Of a stretch of DNA of 48,512 bases, positions 22,761 to 35,540 are shown one piece after another (position 1 is the first letter of the stretch; every line of letters starts with the position of its first letter). Source of the DNA: Octopus bimaculoides. Lineage: Eukaryota. Where the stretch lies: positions 165,937,878 to 165,986,389 of the forward strand of contig NC_068982.1 of assembly GCF_001194135.2 (NCBI RefSeq). Direction: 5' to 3'. Under the pieces are notes generated by a model. That model worked only from the letters and a program-made list of their open reading frames with translations, made no database searches and had not been told where the DNA came from. Position numbers and translations under genes: made by a program.

Positions 22761-22917
22761 TATCTGAATTTCAAAAATTCAGAAAAGAATGACGATAACT
22801 CAACAGGGTGTATTGCCAAACAAATTTTTATTAGAAACCTTAGGTCACTTCCACATGGGCACGCAACATCTACACGATAAATTGTTGCAGATGTACAGAT
22901 AATTTATGAACACCCTA

Positions 22918-23013
22918 TATGTGTATGTGTGTATGTATGTACGTATGTATGTATGTATGTATGTATGTATGTATGTATGTATGTATGTATGTGTGTGTGT
23001 GTGTGTGTGTGTG
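22918..23013. repeat. (GTAT)n/(GT)n microsatellite
   Basis: Directly visible. Confidence 0.97.
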
Positions 23014-23202
23014 CTTCTGTGTATAACTGCATTTATGTGTAAGATAGTTTATCGCTTAGTCACGAGTGCTCAAAACTTCCAAAGCCTTTAGCATAGATAA
23101 AGAGGACAGTATCCTTAAAGAAGAGATTTGGTTCAAGTGCTTGGAGCAGAGTGGGCTTCGCTAAAGCCATCGAATAACCAGATGGTGTTATCAAACAGAG
23201 TC

Positions 23203-23380
23203 AAGGCGGTGAGCTGGCAGAATCGTTAGCACGCCGGGCAAAATGCTTAGCCACGTTTCGTCCGTCACTACGTTTTGTGTTCAAATTCCGCCGAGGTCAG
23301 TTTTGCTTTCTTCTTTTCGGGGTCGATAAATTAAGTACCAGTTGAACACTGAGGTCGATGGAATCAACTATCCCCCCACT
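23203..23380 (+). mobile_element. SINE family A/B, 3'-truncated
   Basis: AAGGCGGTGAGCTGGCAGAATCGTTAGCACGCCGGGC...GTTCAAATTCCGCCGAGGTC...GGGGTCGATAAATTAAGTACCAG. Confidence 0.9.
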
Positions 23381-24113
23381 CTCTGAACTCTCTGAAACTG
23401 CTGTTATTAAACAGAGAGTTGAGTTATATCTACCCTCGAGGTAGTTCATAATGGGTTTTAAACTCGAAACACAAGCAGCTGGAATAAATACCATTAGTAT
23501 CTCATCCGACACTCAAGCTAATCCGTCACTGTAGCTCAATACATATCGACACCGGAAGAATCGAATGCTTAGCTAATGTTTTTGGTTTTGAATTAAGAAC
23601 ATAAGTAGCTGCAGTAAATTAGCAAAATCTATAGAGCATCAGCTGATTCGCAAACGACTCAGCTAAATCGGCGCCTTTACAATTATCAAAATATATAAAC
23701 AAGGTTATATTTTTAAAAATAACAGTTAGCAAGTGAAGCTGTATTCCAAATAACCAATTATTTGTAAACCATACTGATATCTATATTATTTATTGAGTGA
23801 AAATTCTGTAAAAAATAGCCCTATCTATGAAATTGGTTTCTCTGCCATCCTTTCTGAATCGTCTTGTAAACCTACAATATCTATCTGTTTTTCTGTCTAT
23901 CTGTCTGTCTCACTGATTTTCCGAATATTTTAGAATACCTACGCCTATTTAACGAAAATCCTGGTAAACAAGGATGAGCATATATAAAAGGGAAAATAAT
24001 CAGAACAGGTGGGTTTATATATTCTTGCTCATTTTTTAAGATTGTTTAGATAAATCTTATTCATATATTCATAAATACAACCATTCACCCTCAGCCATGC
24101 ATACGCGCTCGCG

Positions 24114-24116
<3 letters not shown>

Positions 24117-24174
<58 letters not shown>

Positions 24175-24186
24175 ACATACACACAC
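24117..24186. repeat. (CA)n microsatellite
   Basis: Directly visible. Confidence 0.98.
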
Positions 24187-24563
24187 ATTAGGATTGTAGT
24201 TATGTATGTAATTAATTGTAAACCAGCAGGTGCCCGAGTTTATAAATTTATCAAACGTTTCATCATTGACTTCTCTCAGTATTAATTGGATATGTAGCTA
24301 AATTTCCGTTATCTCAGTTTTTTAGTATACATGCATATCTCAAAAAGGAGATTATCCATCATTGCATCAAATAAATAACAAGTAAATAAAATTTTGTAAG
24401 TTCTGATGCCGAAGGTTGTACTATCTTTTGAACCTAGAGCATACGAACGAAAACTGCTGATCTCTATAGATTCACATCAACGGCTATTACCCTCTCTAGA
24501 ATAGTTTAAGTGATTTCTAATTTTTTGAAAGTTCCACTAGCTTTCCAAGTCGTTCGTTTAGGT

Positions 24564-24706
24564 CAGGCATGGGCAACAACTTTTATCAAGAAGTAGGTCA
24601 CATGAGGCATGGTTCATCATCAAATGGTCGCATTACTAAAACAATCAAAAGTAATTTTTCGTTGGCGTGTCATTGAGCAAGACTGGTGGCAGATTGCCCA
24701 TGACTA
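24564..24706. mobile_element. Short hAT-type MITE
   Basis: Terminal inverted repeats CAGGCATGGGCAA and TTGCCCATGACTA (11/13 match), typical of hAT CAGG..GGGCAA ends. No intact 8-bp TSD (GTTTAGGT vs ATATTGAC). Confidence 0.62.
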
Positions 24707-25069
24707 ATATTGACCAACTGAAAATAAGGTATCGAAGTATTTTTTAAGCATATTTCATTGTATAAGGATTAAATCGGCAGATTAATTAAAATACCAAAAG
24801 GAAGGAAAATCAAAAACAACCCAACGTCATATGGACATAATTTTCAAAAGAAAACGCTTTTAGTTATTGCATTCTTGCGTCGGGTATGACGTCAGAAGTA
24901 ATTCATCACTGCTAGCTAACACCAAACTAAAAGAGATCCAAGAATGGTAGGGTAGCTTCTGATAGTTTTCAAACTGATTTCAAATACTAATATCTCATAT
25001 TGATATACCGTCGCTCGTGTGTAACGAATCAATAACATTGTCGAATAAGCGGCACCAGCTCTATATATC

Positions 25070-25160
25070 ATTTATTTCGTATTGTCGACATCAAAGGGAT
25101 GAAACACAAAATCAACTTCGGATAATCTGGATCTCTACCATTTCTGCCAATCGACTGGAT
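25070..25160 (-). mobile_element. Very old SINE fragment
   Basis: GTCGACATCAAAGGGATGAAACACAAAATCAACTTCGG resembles ATCGACCCCGAAAGGATGAAAGGCAAAGTCGACCTTGG at 4411-4448. Confidence 0.4.
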
Positions 25161-26482
25161 TTCCAATTTATAACTTGACGTGTGACTTTTAGTCCTGTAC
25201 ATTTGTAATGAAATAATGAAACACTCATGTCTGGACGTAGACATTATATGCATGTATGTGTGTATATGTAAACTCTTCATATATGCATGTATCGTTCAGG
25301 ATATGATTTTGTATGTATCAAGGTTGGTATCAATCTCTATAAATATATATATAAGGATATATTTGTGCATGCACGAGCACACACACAGACAACACATTAT
25401 TCTAGTTGTGTTCTGTTTCTTCCTTTCATTTTTTAACCCAGACACATATACACACAGGCACGTGTATGGACATTTACGTAAATATGAGAGTTGGATGCGT
25501 TTTAGTATTTATATCTTTTTGACTCTATATACGTGTCTGCAGGTACGTTTGCATATGCGTAAGCAAGAACACATTGAAATATACACATAACATAAAAATG
25601 GCACACACAAACACACATATACATATCCACACAAATACTCATTAACATCGTAACATACACACAGACACACACTCAGCCATTTATATATAAATTTGTACGA
25701 CGTGGCTTTTGTTGTTAATACAATCTCAGTTTAATTAGACTTTATACTTCATTCTCTATGTAGCCACATTATCCGGTTATTACTGTCCATTGCCCATTCG
25801 TTTAATTATAACATCGAACCATTTAACGTATAATGGTTAAAACACTATTATTGAAATAAACCACTGCTTAATACTGACTACATCACTTGGTGATAAAGGC
25901 AACGATTAGTTTCATCGCACCAGCAGCTTTTTTAGAGATTCAATTAAATAAACAATCAGATGCCCGTTCATAATTTGATTCAATAGACATCTAAATAATT
26001 TCAGCAGTCATCTGTTAACAATTGCACAATGAACCGTGTCAAATGACTTTCGCGTGAAAATCCTGGCTGTCATTATGTACAATTCGTTTATTTAGCGATG
26101 TTCCTTCCTTCTTATTTATTTTCTGACAAAAAAAAAAGCAAATCAGAAAACAAAACAACAAAAACTAACAATAAAGAAAAGCGAAAAGAATAACACAAAC
26201 AAAAACCAGGAAGAAAAACTTCATCAAAAATCAAGCAAAAACTGGCACTCGTATCTGTTTTCTTTTTGTGATTCACTGCATTAAGTGAGATATTTTCAAC
26301 GCAGGATATATCTATGATATTATTCTGTAACGGTCTGCGTATGTAACGTTTTAACTATAGAACGAATTCGGAGATATAATCTATTACAGATATTTATTAT
26401 TATTTATATATGTAAAACAATTGCTGATAACTTGATAAATATTAGAATTTAATTAATGGTGTGTGTGTGTGTGTGTGTGTGT

Positions 26483-26700
26483 AATTTCTTTTCTTTTCTC
26501 CAGTCATTAAATTGCGGCTAAGCTGGGGCACCACCTTGAACAATCTTTAGTGGAATGAATAGATCTCAGTACTTCTTGTTAAACCCTAATACGTGCTCTA
26601 TCGGTCTCTTTTTCCGAACCGCTACATTACAATAACGTAAACCAATGCTGGTTGCTAATAGGTGGCAGGTGACAGACACAAACAGACATATGCACACATT
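26483..26700 (-). mobile_element. SINE family C, 3' portion
   Basis: CAGTCATTAAATTGCGGCTAAGCTGGGGCACCACCTTG...CTATCGGTCTCTTTTTCCGAACCGCTA..ACGTAAAC is collinear with 22365-22520. Confidence 0.72.
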
Positions 26701-26827
26701 CACAAGTATGTATGTGTATATTGTCCTTGTTCTTTTGCCACGTCATGCACCCAGTTATGTATCTATATGTACATGTAGATGAACGTATATACATACATGT
26801 ACATATATATGCATATACTCATATATT

Positions 26828-26894
<67 letters not shown>

Positions 26895-26897
<3 letters not shown>

Positions 26898-28176
26898 GAT
26901 GGGTACTTAAGAGTAACCGGAAACGTTTCCTGTGGGATAAACCCGTTGTAGTTCAGGCTTCAGCCGCTAGAAGTCACTTGATGTAACCCTTAAACATCAG
27001 TCTGCCAACCGGCTTCGTTGAGTGAAGTCATACCGCTATGTGGTATGTTTTTGTTTCGCAGTGCTTCTTCCCTGTTCGCTGATTTTTGCGATGGTTAAAA
27101 CGAAGGAACAGCGTGCTTCTGTGAAAATCTGTTTTCTGCTGGGAAAAACAGCGGGTGAAACAGTTGTCTTGCTTCAAACAGCTTACAAGAATGCTGCCAT
27201 GCGCAAAACACAAGTTTATGTGTGGTTTACACGCTTTAGAAATGGTGACCTGTCGCTTGATGACCAGCCTCAACGAATGAGAACATCACGAAAATTCATG
27301 AACTGCTCTTGGAGGACTGTCACTGAACAATTGACGAACTTGTTAATATCACTGATGTGTCCTGCAGCACCTGCCGACGAAGTTTAGGCGAGGAAGTGCG
27401 AGGAAAAGCTAAGAAGTTGCAGCAAAATTTGTGCCTCGCTTGCTCACAGAATATTAAAAGCAGCCACGACTGGATGCGTGTCGTGAACTGAAAGAACAGT
27501 TGGAAGTTGATCAAAACCTTTTTTTAGAAGGTCATCACTGGTGACGAAAGCTGGCGCTACGGCTACAACCCGGAAGCGAAGCAGCAATCAAGTCAATGGA
27601 AATACTCAATGTCACCACACCTCCCAAAAGCGCGTTAAGTGAAGTTCAGTGTCACTTCTGATTTATTTCATGGATACGAAAGGAATTTTCCCCACAGAAT
27701 TTGTTCCTGCTGGTCAAACTGCTAACCAGACATTTTACTTGGCAGTTCTGTAGACGTGGTGAGACGAAAACGCCCTGACTTGTGGCAAAGTGAAGAGCGG
27801 TGGCTTCAACACGACAATGCGCTTCGCCCAACTCTTTGAGTGTAGACAGGTTTGACGAAAATGGCATGATTTCGTTTAACAACCCTCCCTGTTTGCCCGA
27901 TCTTGGTCCCTGCAAACTTTTTCCGTTCCCCCGAACGAAAAACGTCCTTAAAGGAAGACGTTTTGCAGATGTGGAAGAGGTGAAGAAAAAAAGTACGGCG
28001 TGAAAAGGCATCACTTCGTAAGACTTCCAGAACTGCTTCGAACAGTGGAAAACGCGTCTGGGCTGATGCATTGCTTCAAATGGAGAATACTTTGAAGGTG
28101 ATAAAAGTTTAAACATATAAAACTAAGTGAAGAAAATAATTTTCCAAAATTCCGCTTTCTTTTGGGTACCCAGACG
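26895..28176 (+). mobile_element. Full-length (~1.28 kb) degenerate mariner element inserted in (TA)n
   Basis: Fragments QRASVKICFLLGKTAGET..WFTRFRNG; VITGDESWRYGYNPEAKQQSSQWK; WLQHDNA; PPCLPDLGPCKLF..LKGRRFADVEEVK; GEYFEGDK, broken by frameshifts and stops. Ends GATGGGTACTTAAGAGTAACCGG and CCGCTTTCTTTTGGGTACCCAGACG|TA. Confidence 0.95.
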
Positions 28177-28225
28177 TATATCTATATATATATATATATA
28201 ATAATGATAATAAATGTAAATAATA

Positions 28226-28261
<36 letters not shown>

Positions 28262-30399
28262 ATGAATATATATAATNNNNNNNNNNNNNNNNNNNNNNNN
28301 NNNNNNNNNNNNNNNNNNNNNNNNNNNNNNNNNNNNNNNNNNNNNNNNNNNNNNNNNNNNNNNNNNNNNNNNNNNNNNNNNNNNNNNNNNNNNNNNNNNN
28401 NNNNNNNNNNNNNNNNNNNNNNNNNNNNNNNNNNNNNNNNNNNNNNNNNNNNNNNNTATATATATATGCATATGTGGGTACAGGATGTCACCAACAACAT
28501 GAGGTACGGAAACAAACGAGTTAAATACGCAAATAACAAGAGAATAAGATGGAGAACAGGACAAGTAACACGGAAAACAATCCTTCATCAGTTGGCGGCT
28601 GTCTATCTACTCCTAATTTCGAGCAGTGTCTGTGTGTGTACGCGTGCGTGCGTATACACAGAAGAAAGCCTAAAAATAATGCTAAATTCTGTTTTATGTT
28701 AATGTTTAGTCCATAGCCTGTTGTAACTCTGCTGACCTATGATCAAAAACATTCCAGCCATGATCTTCGTATCTTTCGTAACAGATACTGTGTTTCTAAG
28801 ACTACATCCTGTAACGTGTCAGTTTCTTTTTAAAGTTGATAGCTTGTGATTTGAAGATGTGACGTCTACTAGATCGATCGATTACAGAGAGGTCCCGTCG
28901 TTAGCACGTGACCTCTCCCTTGTAAGTTAGCAGAAAGTCGTGCTTTGACACAGATTGAATATTCGGTTGGTGAATGTCACTTCACTTCAATTGCAGCAGA
29001 AAACCGAAGTTTTCGGCCATTAAAAGCATATTTTTTTACGTTTATTAAAGGGTGGTTTGTGTCAAGTTGATACGTTATCAGCTCTAGCGTTACATAACCA
29101 AATATGTTACATTAGCTTTTTGATTCTGTATATACATTAAAGAATTAAAGTTATTAGCGCAGTAGCCCTACATTCCTGATAATAACAGGCTTTCATTTAA
29201 GATTAAGTTGCTCTAAAAAGCAAGATTTTATTTCATTCAACAATATAAAGAAGACAGTCCAAAGTTTTAGATGTTCTTAACCAACTATATCATTACTTAT
29301 CCGAGATGCCTCATTGAAGAACCTGTGAGTACTACATTTTTATGCTATTATTGGAGAGGTGAATACACGCATTCCAATTTCGCATTGCCTTTTCCATATG
29401 CTCGGGAAGTTTTCGTCTTCGAGTTAGATAAATACTTCGTAAATTCAACCAACTATTCAGATCACAATAAAGTTTAGAAAACAACTTTAAAAAACAATAA
29501 TAAGTGTCAAATCTGAGTGGACTTCCTACATTATTATTGATTTAAGACAGATAATAAAATTAGGAGCTGAGTAGATCTTTTTCTTAATTTTGCCAGGTTT
29601 TTCAATTACTGAATTGAAAAATTAATTGTGGGATTTACGATTGGCAAGAGATCGGGGAAAATAGTAAAACTTCTGTTGATTGGGATTCTCCCGAACCTCT
29701 AATTTGATAATTTTCTAAACTGCATAATTTCTAAGAGTTGTTTTCTGTTTTCTGTCCTTTCAGTCAAATGCATGAAGTTATTTTTCTCTCTCTTGAAAAA
29801 GTCCATTGCTTTTGCCTGTAAATGTAAACATTTCTGATATAAGCCTAATTTAATTTCCTTCATTTCTGCCTGAAAGTTTAAAATTTTTAATTTGATTAAA
29901 ACCTTCAAGAAATGCTAATTTTAATCGGTTTCAAAGCCTGTCGATCGATATTGTTAATACTTTTATTTGTAAGGTATTTCCAAACAAAACAGTTGCTAAT
30001 ATGTTCAGTTGCACTTAATTAAAACTAAGCAAATATTCACAGCATTAATCTTTCAGGAAGAATTTCATGAAAGATGAACAGTGAAAAGAAATGCTATATT
30101 ATATAGCTTTTATATAAACCTGGTAGTAAGAAAGACAGAAAGAAGGTAACTTTTTTTGGTAATTAATCGAGTTAGTAGAATTACTTTCGTTTATGTTTAA
30201 ATTACTCTATTCTGATATATTTTATTCACTTAATTGACAAAATAGTATTAATTCTTTAGCGCTATCTCTAAAAATTGAAAAAAATATATATTTGCATTTT
30301 CTACACAACTGTATGCACCTATTCATGTATCTATATATTTTGTATCTAATGAAAGCTCTGGAAAATGAGTCGCTAGTGTATAATCTTGTAAGAGTTTCT

Positions 30400-31000
30400 T
30401 CAAATGTTTCAACAACTGCACCACTGCCAGTGCTGTGTTCCTGAGGTGTTTTGTAGTATTTTCTTTTGTAGATGTAGAATTTATGTTATGAGTGAGGTGT
30501 GTACCGTTGGAAAGTTTGAGTTTTTTTTTATGTAGGATATGAACGGTGGCGCAAAATTTTTATGGACAGTGTGCGTGACGTCGTTTACTCTAATATTTAC
30601 GTACATGTTTTTCATGTCTTTTTTTTATCGTAACTAGCTGTCCAAATGATTTTGCTAACATTTTCACTTCCCTGTTCACATCGAACTTATTTCAGTTTCA
30701 ACGTCTGTGTAATTGGACAGTTTCTTCAAGTTTTTCGGTACAATGTTTTTGTCAAAAGAGTGTGTGATGTCTGATAGAGTACAGAGACTTTCCTTTCACT
30801 CCTTGGAAGGTAGATTTTGTCAGTTTAAAAAAAAACATGGCTCATAATTGCAGCCGACTCCCTGTACCAAACCTGCTTTCAGCTTAATGGATTGACATAT
30901 AGGTGGGCATGAATGGCATATGACAGAGTATCCGCAAATATGGTAAATCCTTTCCTTGCACTGGCTGCACCTGAACTTCCTTTCTGATAAAGTTTTTTAT
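30400..31000 (-). mobile_element. Possible highly decayed LINE reverse-transcriptase remnant
   Basis: Minus-strand peptides KAGLVQGVGCN and KESLCTLSDITHSFDKNIVPKNLKKLSNY loosely echo QAGFR.G.SC and LD..KAFD.V....L..KL in the right order. The match is weak. Confidence 0.3.
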
Positions 31001-31633
31001 TGTTGTTTATATCATTTTTATTTTAAACCAACTGATCGCATTTTCAGTCATAATGTTTAAATATAAAAATAAAGAAGAAAGAAAAAAGAAAAACGGGAGT
31101 TAAGTGGGAGAACATGGAGGGGAAATGGGGAATGGGTCACACACACCAGAACAAATGGTATGCTCAGTGGAACCCCGCAGTAATGACTGCGATGGTATTG
31201 CCGTGGAGGATAGCCAGTGTGTGACAACACAATAAATGAAAATTTCTCTCGTCAATCTAATAGATTACAGCACTGGTATATACGTGTGTCTATATATTCG
31301 ACGAATACAAAAAACGGTAATGAAAAATGAGCTTGAAATATAAAGAAAAATTGCATTTGAATATCAATTAACCAGCTTTATTCGTAACTCAGTATAAACC
31401 AAGAATGATTTTGCATAATTAAATGCCAGACAATATATAATTAGACCTGAATGGCATTCATTTTATAGACATTTAATGGTTGTTTATTAGTAGGATACGC
31501 ATTTATATTAGCTCTAGAACTCGAAATGTATGGAGTAATGTCCTTAAAGTTCCAAAAAGTTATCAAAGCTCCAAAATTATAAATGAATGTTCGAAACATG
31601 CGTGCGTATATCAGTGTGTGTACGTGTATGCAT

Positions 31634-31765
31634 ACGTACGTACGTACGTACGTACACACATACATATATACATACATACACAAATACATACATACATACA
31701 CACACATACATACATACATACATACATACATACATACATACATACATACATACATACATACATAC
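31634..31765. repeat. (ACGT)n grading into (ACAT)n microsatellite
   Basis: Directly visible. Confidence 0.96.
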
Positions 31766-32665
31766 AGGTGTTGAATAGATGAAAGCGTGTCCCACAATAT
31801 ATAGTTTTATTTGTCCAATCTTGGTATTCTTCCCAACCGAAATTGCTTTTGTAGTTCATTCGTCTGATGTAGATAAAAGAGAATTAATATCACGTATTAC
31901 CTGGAGCCGTTCAGCCGGCAACACACGTGATCCATTATAGGCGTGTGGTATTGTGTTAACATTAGGTATCTGTATTTGAAATGCCCTTGAGAGATATCAG
32001 CAGCGTTTCTATCATTCTAGAATCTCATGTAAGATAGATGAGTAAGTGAAGAGACGGGGCTGACTTTTCACTCCTAACGCAGGAATGCAATTATTAAAGG
32101 CATTCTTCTTTGAAAACTATGTTCCTATGATGTTGTGGTGCCTCTAGTTTTCTTCACTTTCAACATCTTAATTAATCTGATGGTTTCACCATCATACAAT
32201 GAAACATGCTTGAAAATATTTCAATTCCTCGTTTCCGTGTGGTCTAGACAAATAGCGTAAAATCTGACACTGCTTGTGTGGTTCTAAAACAAGCATTAAC
32301 CACTGGTGTGAATCTATAGATATTGGCAGGTTTCTGGCACCTGCTCTGGGCTCCTAAGAGAGCATGGTAATATCACTGGAGCCTCAAAAACCAGTTGTCC
32401 ATTAATTATGTATTACAGAGTGATGCAGCTCGTGACGATACATGCACCATATATATTTTGAGAGTATTCTCTCATACTAATCTTTAATAAGACAACGAAA
32501 CTGCTGAAGCAATAATTTCAGAGCAGTGGCAGGACGAGATACAAACCACCGTTCGTTTCAGCTGGAAGTTCGACAATAAACTCGACATGCAGTAATGATT
32601 TAGAATAATTGTTTTTCAAATAATGAGTTTAATATTTGAATGTTTGTTAAACATTTTTAACCGAA

Positions 32666-32669
<4 letters not shown>

Positions 32670-32757
<88 letters not shown>
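32670..32757. repeat. (GT)n microsatellite
   Basis: Directly visible. Confidence 0.98.
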
Positions 32758-32759
<2 letters not shown>

Positions 32760-32799
32760 CGTGTGTCTGTTTTATTGAAATTTGGCAATTTACCTAGAG

Positions 32800-33480
32800 C
32801 TCTACCCCATTGCTGCGCTGTTCACAATATTCGTGAAACACCCAGATGGAAAATGAGAAGACAGCCAACTTTTGGTACAATATTTGAATCCACTCTACCA
32901 GTGCATTGAGTTCTATTATAGATAGTGTTTGAACAACTTAAAACATATTTCTAATATATTTTACAACTCTTTTCATAGATACAGAATCAGGGTGACACAA
33001 GGGTTGAAAATTCTGTACATTTTGAATGAAAGACCTGAGATAAGTATAGAGATTCGCTCTGTTATTGAGTACATACATAAACGTGAACACAAGTAATATT
33101 GTTGAAACTTTCCCATCAAAACTTCTACCTAGTGTGAACATAACAGGCCGGATATCATTGTCTGGGACAGACAAGAAAAGGTATGTACCGTCATAGAGAT
33201 CAGCTGCACTGCTGATGTGAACAGTTCTTCAGAAATCAAAGCGAAAGAGGATAACTACGACAAATGCTTCGAATTTTTTAGCTTCTTTACCCAATTAATA
33301 CATCCACATTCATATCAATAATTGGAACACTTGGTTTTTATTAGTAAATGCCTAAGTGACAATCTGGAAAATCTAGGGTTTTCAGAAGAAATCAACCTAT
33401 TAACCCACATATTACAAGTACGATATCTTAGTGGATCGGTCAAGAACTTTTAAAACTTTTATTTACATTCTAATGAGAGA
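32800..33480 (+). mobile_element. RLE-type (R4/Dong-like) LINE remnant: restriction-like endonuclease domain and ORF end
   Basis: KREHK*YC*NFPIKTST*CEHNRPDIIVWDRQEKVCTVIEISCTADVN..EIKAKEDNY (about 33100-33270), then IIGTLGFISKCLSDNLENLGFS...SGSVK..KTF. This is the R.PD..(D/E)..K RLE signature. The 5' boundary is approximate. Confidence 0.85.
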
Positions 33481-33561
33481 GCTGTGTATCTTTGTTAGAA
33501 CCTATTTACTTCCTTACAAGGAGACTTCGAGCAATTAAAACTAGAAGACAACATACATATA

Positions 33562-34755
33562 CAAAGTTCGGACAAAATAATGGAAGCACCACTTACTATT
33601 TAACTATTTTTTCTACTGTCAATATGGTAAATTCAATACTGATTTGGTTTTCTAATGCATTATGTATGGCTTGAACTTCATCATACAGCCTTCTATTTTA
33701 ACTGTTTTTCAGATATTTATATCTAAATAAGTTAAAATGCCTGACTTAACTGATTTCCAAAGAGAGTAGATTGTTAGAGCGTAGATGGCTGGAACTTCAG
33801 TTGCAACAACTGTTTCGGAGAAAGCACTCACTAAAGACAGTTAGCATTATTAAAACCAATGTAAAACCAATTCTGGCAAGCATAAATCTAGAAGGAAGGC
33901 AAACCTCACCGAAAGGGGCCAGAGAATAATGAAATGTTTTGTATCTTAAACCATCGAAATATTGAAATAAAAGAGACAGCACAGCTAAACCACCACCTCG
34001 CTAACTCTGAATCAACCAAATCCGTTCGTAGTGAGCGCTATAAGGTTAGCTACTAAGGGATGGCTACAATTGCTAAACTTCTTTCATCCCACATCAACAT
34101 TGGTAAATGTAAAAAGTGGTATCTAGACTATCACATGTAGTCGGTAGCTCAATGAAACAATGTAACTTTCTCTGACAAACCGGAGAGTATTTATGTCTGA
34201 GGGCAGCCCAAAGAAGCTTTCAACACTGATTTTTGTTTCGTACCTGAAAGCATGAAGATGCTTCCATAGCGTTTTGGGCAGCCATATCATGGAGTATTCT
34301 TGGAATTTTAGTTGTTGCTCAACATGGCAGAGTTAACATCAGGGTTGTACGAGATTTTTGATTGATTATGTCCATGATACAAAAATTGTTCCCTGGTGAT
34401 AGCACAATTTTCTATGACGTTAATGTACTGATTTACTAAGCTAATGTTATTCAAAATTTGGAAGAGCACAAAAATGAAGTAGACCATTTGCATTGACCTC
34501 TACAATCACCGTATTTCAATATAATCGAACATTTATGGTGCATGTTCGAGTAGCCAGTAAAAACAGTTTTCTTCGCAATAGTTGCTGAAGGAGCCAAATC
34601 AAGATTTACTTGAAGAATGGCTCAAAATTCCCCCTAACAACCGTTCAGAACTTGAACGAGAGTTACGTTGCGTTTTAAAGCTGTAATTGATGCTGAAGTG
34701 AACCAATCCGCTTGAAATATTAAAACTTCCATTAAACAAAGTGTTCCATATAATA
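33562..34755 (+). mobile_element. Decayed Tc1-like (DD34E) transposon, near full length
   Basis: From ATG 33737: MPDLTDFQRE*IVRA*MAGTSV; TAQLNHHLANSESTKSVRSE..; NVTFSD; WAAISW; MIQKLFPGDSTIFYDVN; HLH*PLQSPYFNIIEHLW; LLEEWLKIP. Left end TA|CAAAGTTCGGACAAAATAATGGAAGCACC; partial right TIR GTGTTCCAT at 34741. Confidence 0.87.
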
Positions 34756-35036
34756 TATGTATGTATATGGGTGTATATATGTGTATATACACGCATACAC
34801 TTCGATATATATATAAAGAGAGAGAAAGATAGACAAACTGACAGACAGATAAGGGTATAATTATATATATGAATTATGTAAACAATCTTGAATAAAAGGA
34901 AAGAAAATATAACTACTTGTGCCTCTAACCTTTACAAATTCCCTTTTTACATTTGTAATCTATCTTGTTTACTTGAATTCTCAAGTATATAAATTTATAA
35001 ATCATTGATATGAACCGACAAACCGAAAATAAACGG

Positions 35037-35048
35037 ATAGATAGATAA

Positions 35049-35108
<60 letters not shown>
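35037..35108. repeat. (GATA)n microsatellite
   Basis: Directly visible. Confidence 0.98.
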
Positions 35109-35394
35109 GATGTATGCACACAGAGTAGGGTATGTTGTAGATAATGTTATCATTTAGGGAATTTTCACACAATAATACAAATATTAAAATAGTTTACTAT
35201 CTTCTAAATATATGGATGAGATCTTTACTCGAGAAATATTATTAGCATAATACACAAGTGCTGCTTATGTTTTCCCAGGTGACAACTATTGTTCGCTCAC
35301 AAGTACCTGTGATTTTCGCCTGTCATAAACAGAGCAAATAAACAGAGTAAATAACAAGGCAAGACTTCTGAATTAAAGGAAACGATTGATTAAA

Positions 35395-35515
35395 TTCTAT
35401 CTACCCAATTTCATTTATAAGGTTTGGATTGACCCAGTCCATAGTAAAAGATACATGCTCAGGATTTCACCCAGTGAGACCAAACCGAGTTCCTCGTGAT
35501 TACAAGGCGAACTTC
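35395..35515 (-). mobile_element. SINE family C head fragment
   Basis: CCCAATTTCATTTATAAGGTTTGG..CCATAGTAAAAGATACATGCTCAGG..GTGAGACCAAACC parallels 22635-22725. Confidence 0.55.
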
Positions 35516-35540
35516 TCTGTCATTCGGCCCTGCTGCGAAT

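Noticed and set aside
28480-28625. CTGATGA and GCTCGAAA on the minus strand, suggesting a type-II hammerhead
   Set aside because: Stems II and III cannot be formed from the sequence present. Likely an interspersed repeat, but unclassified.
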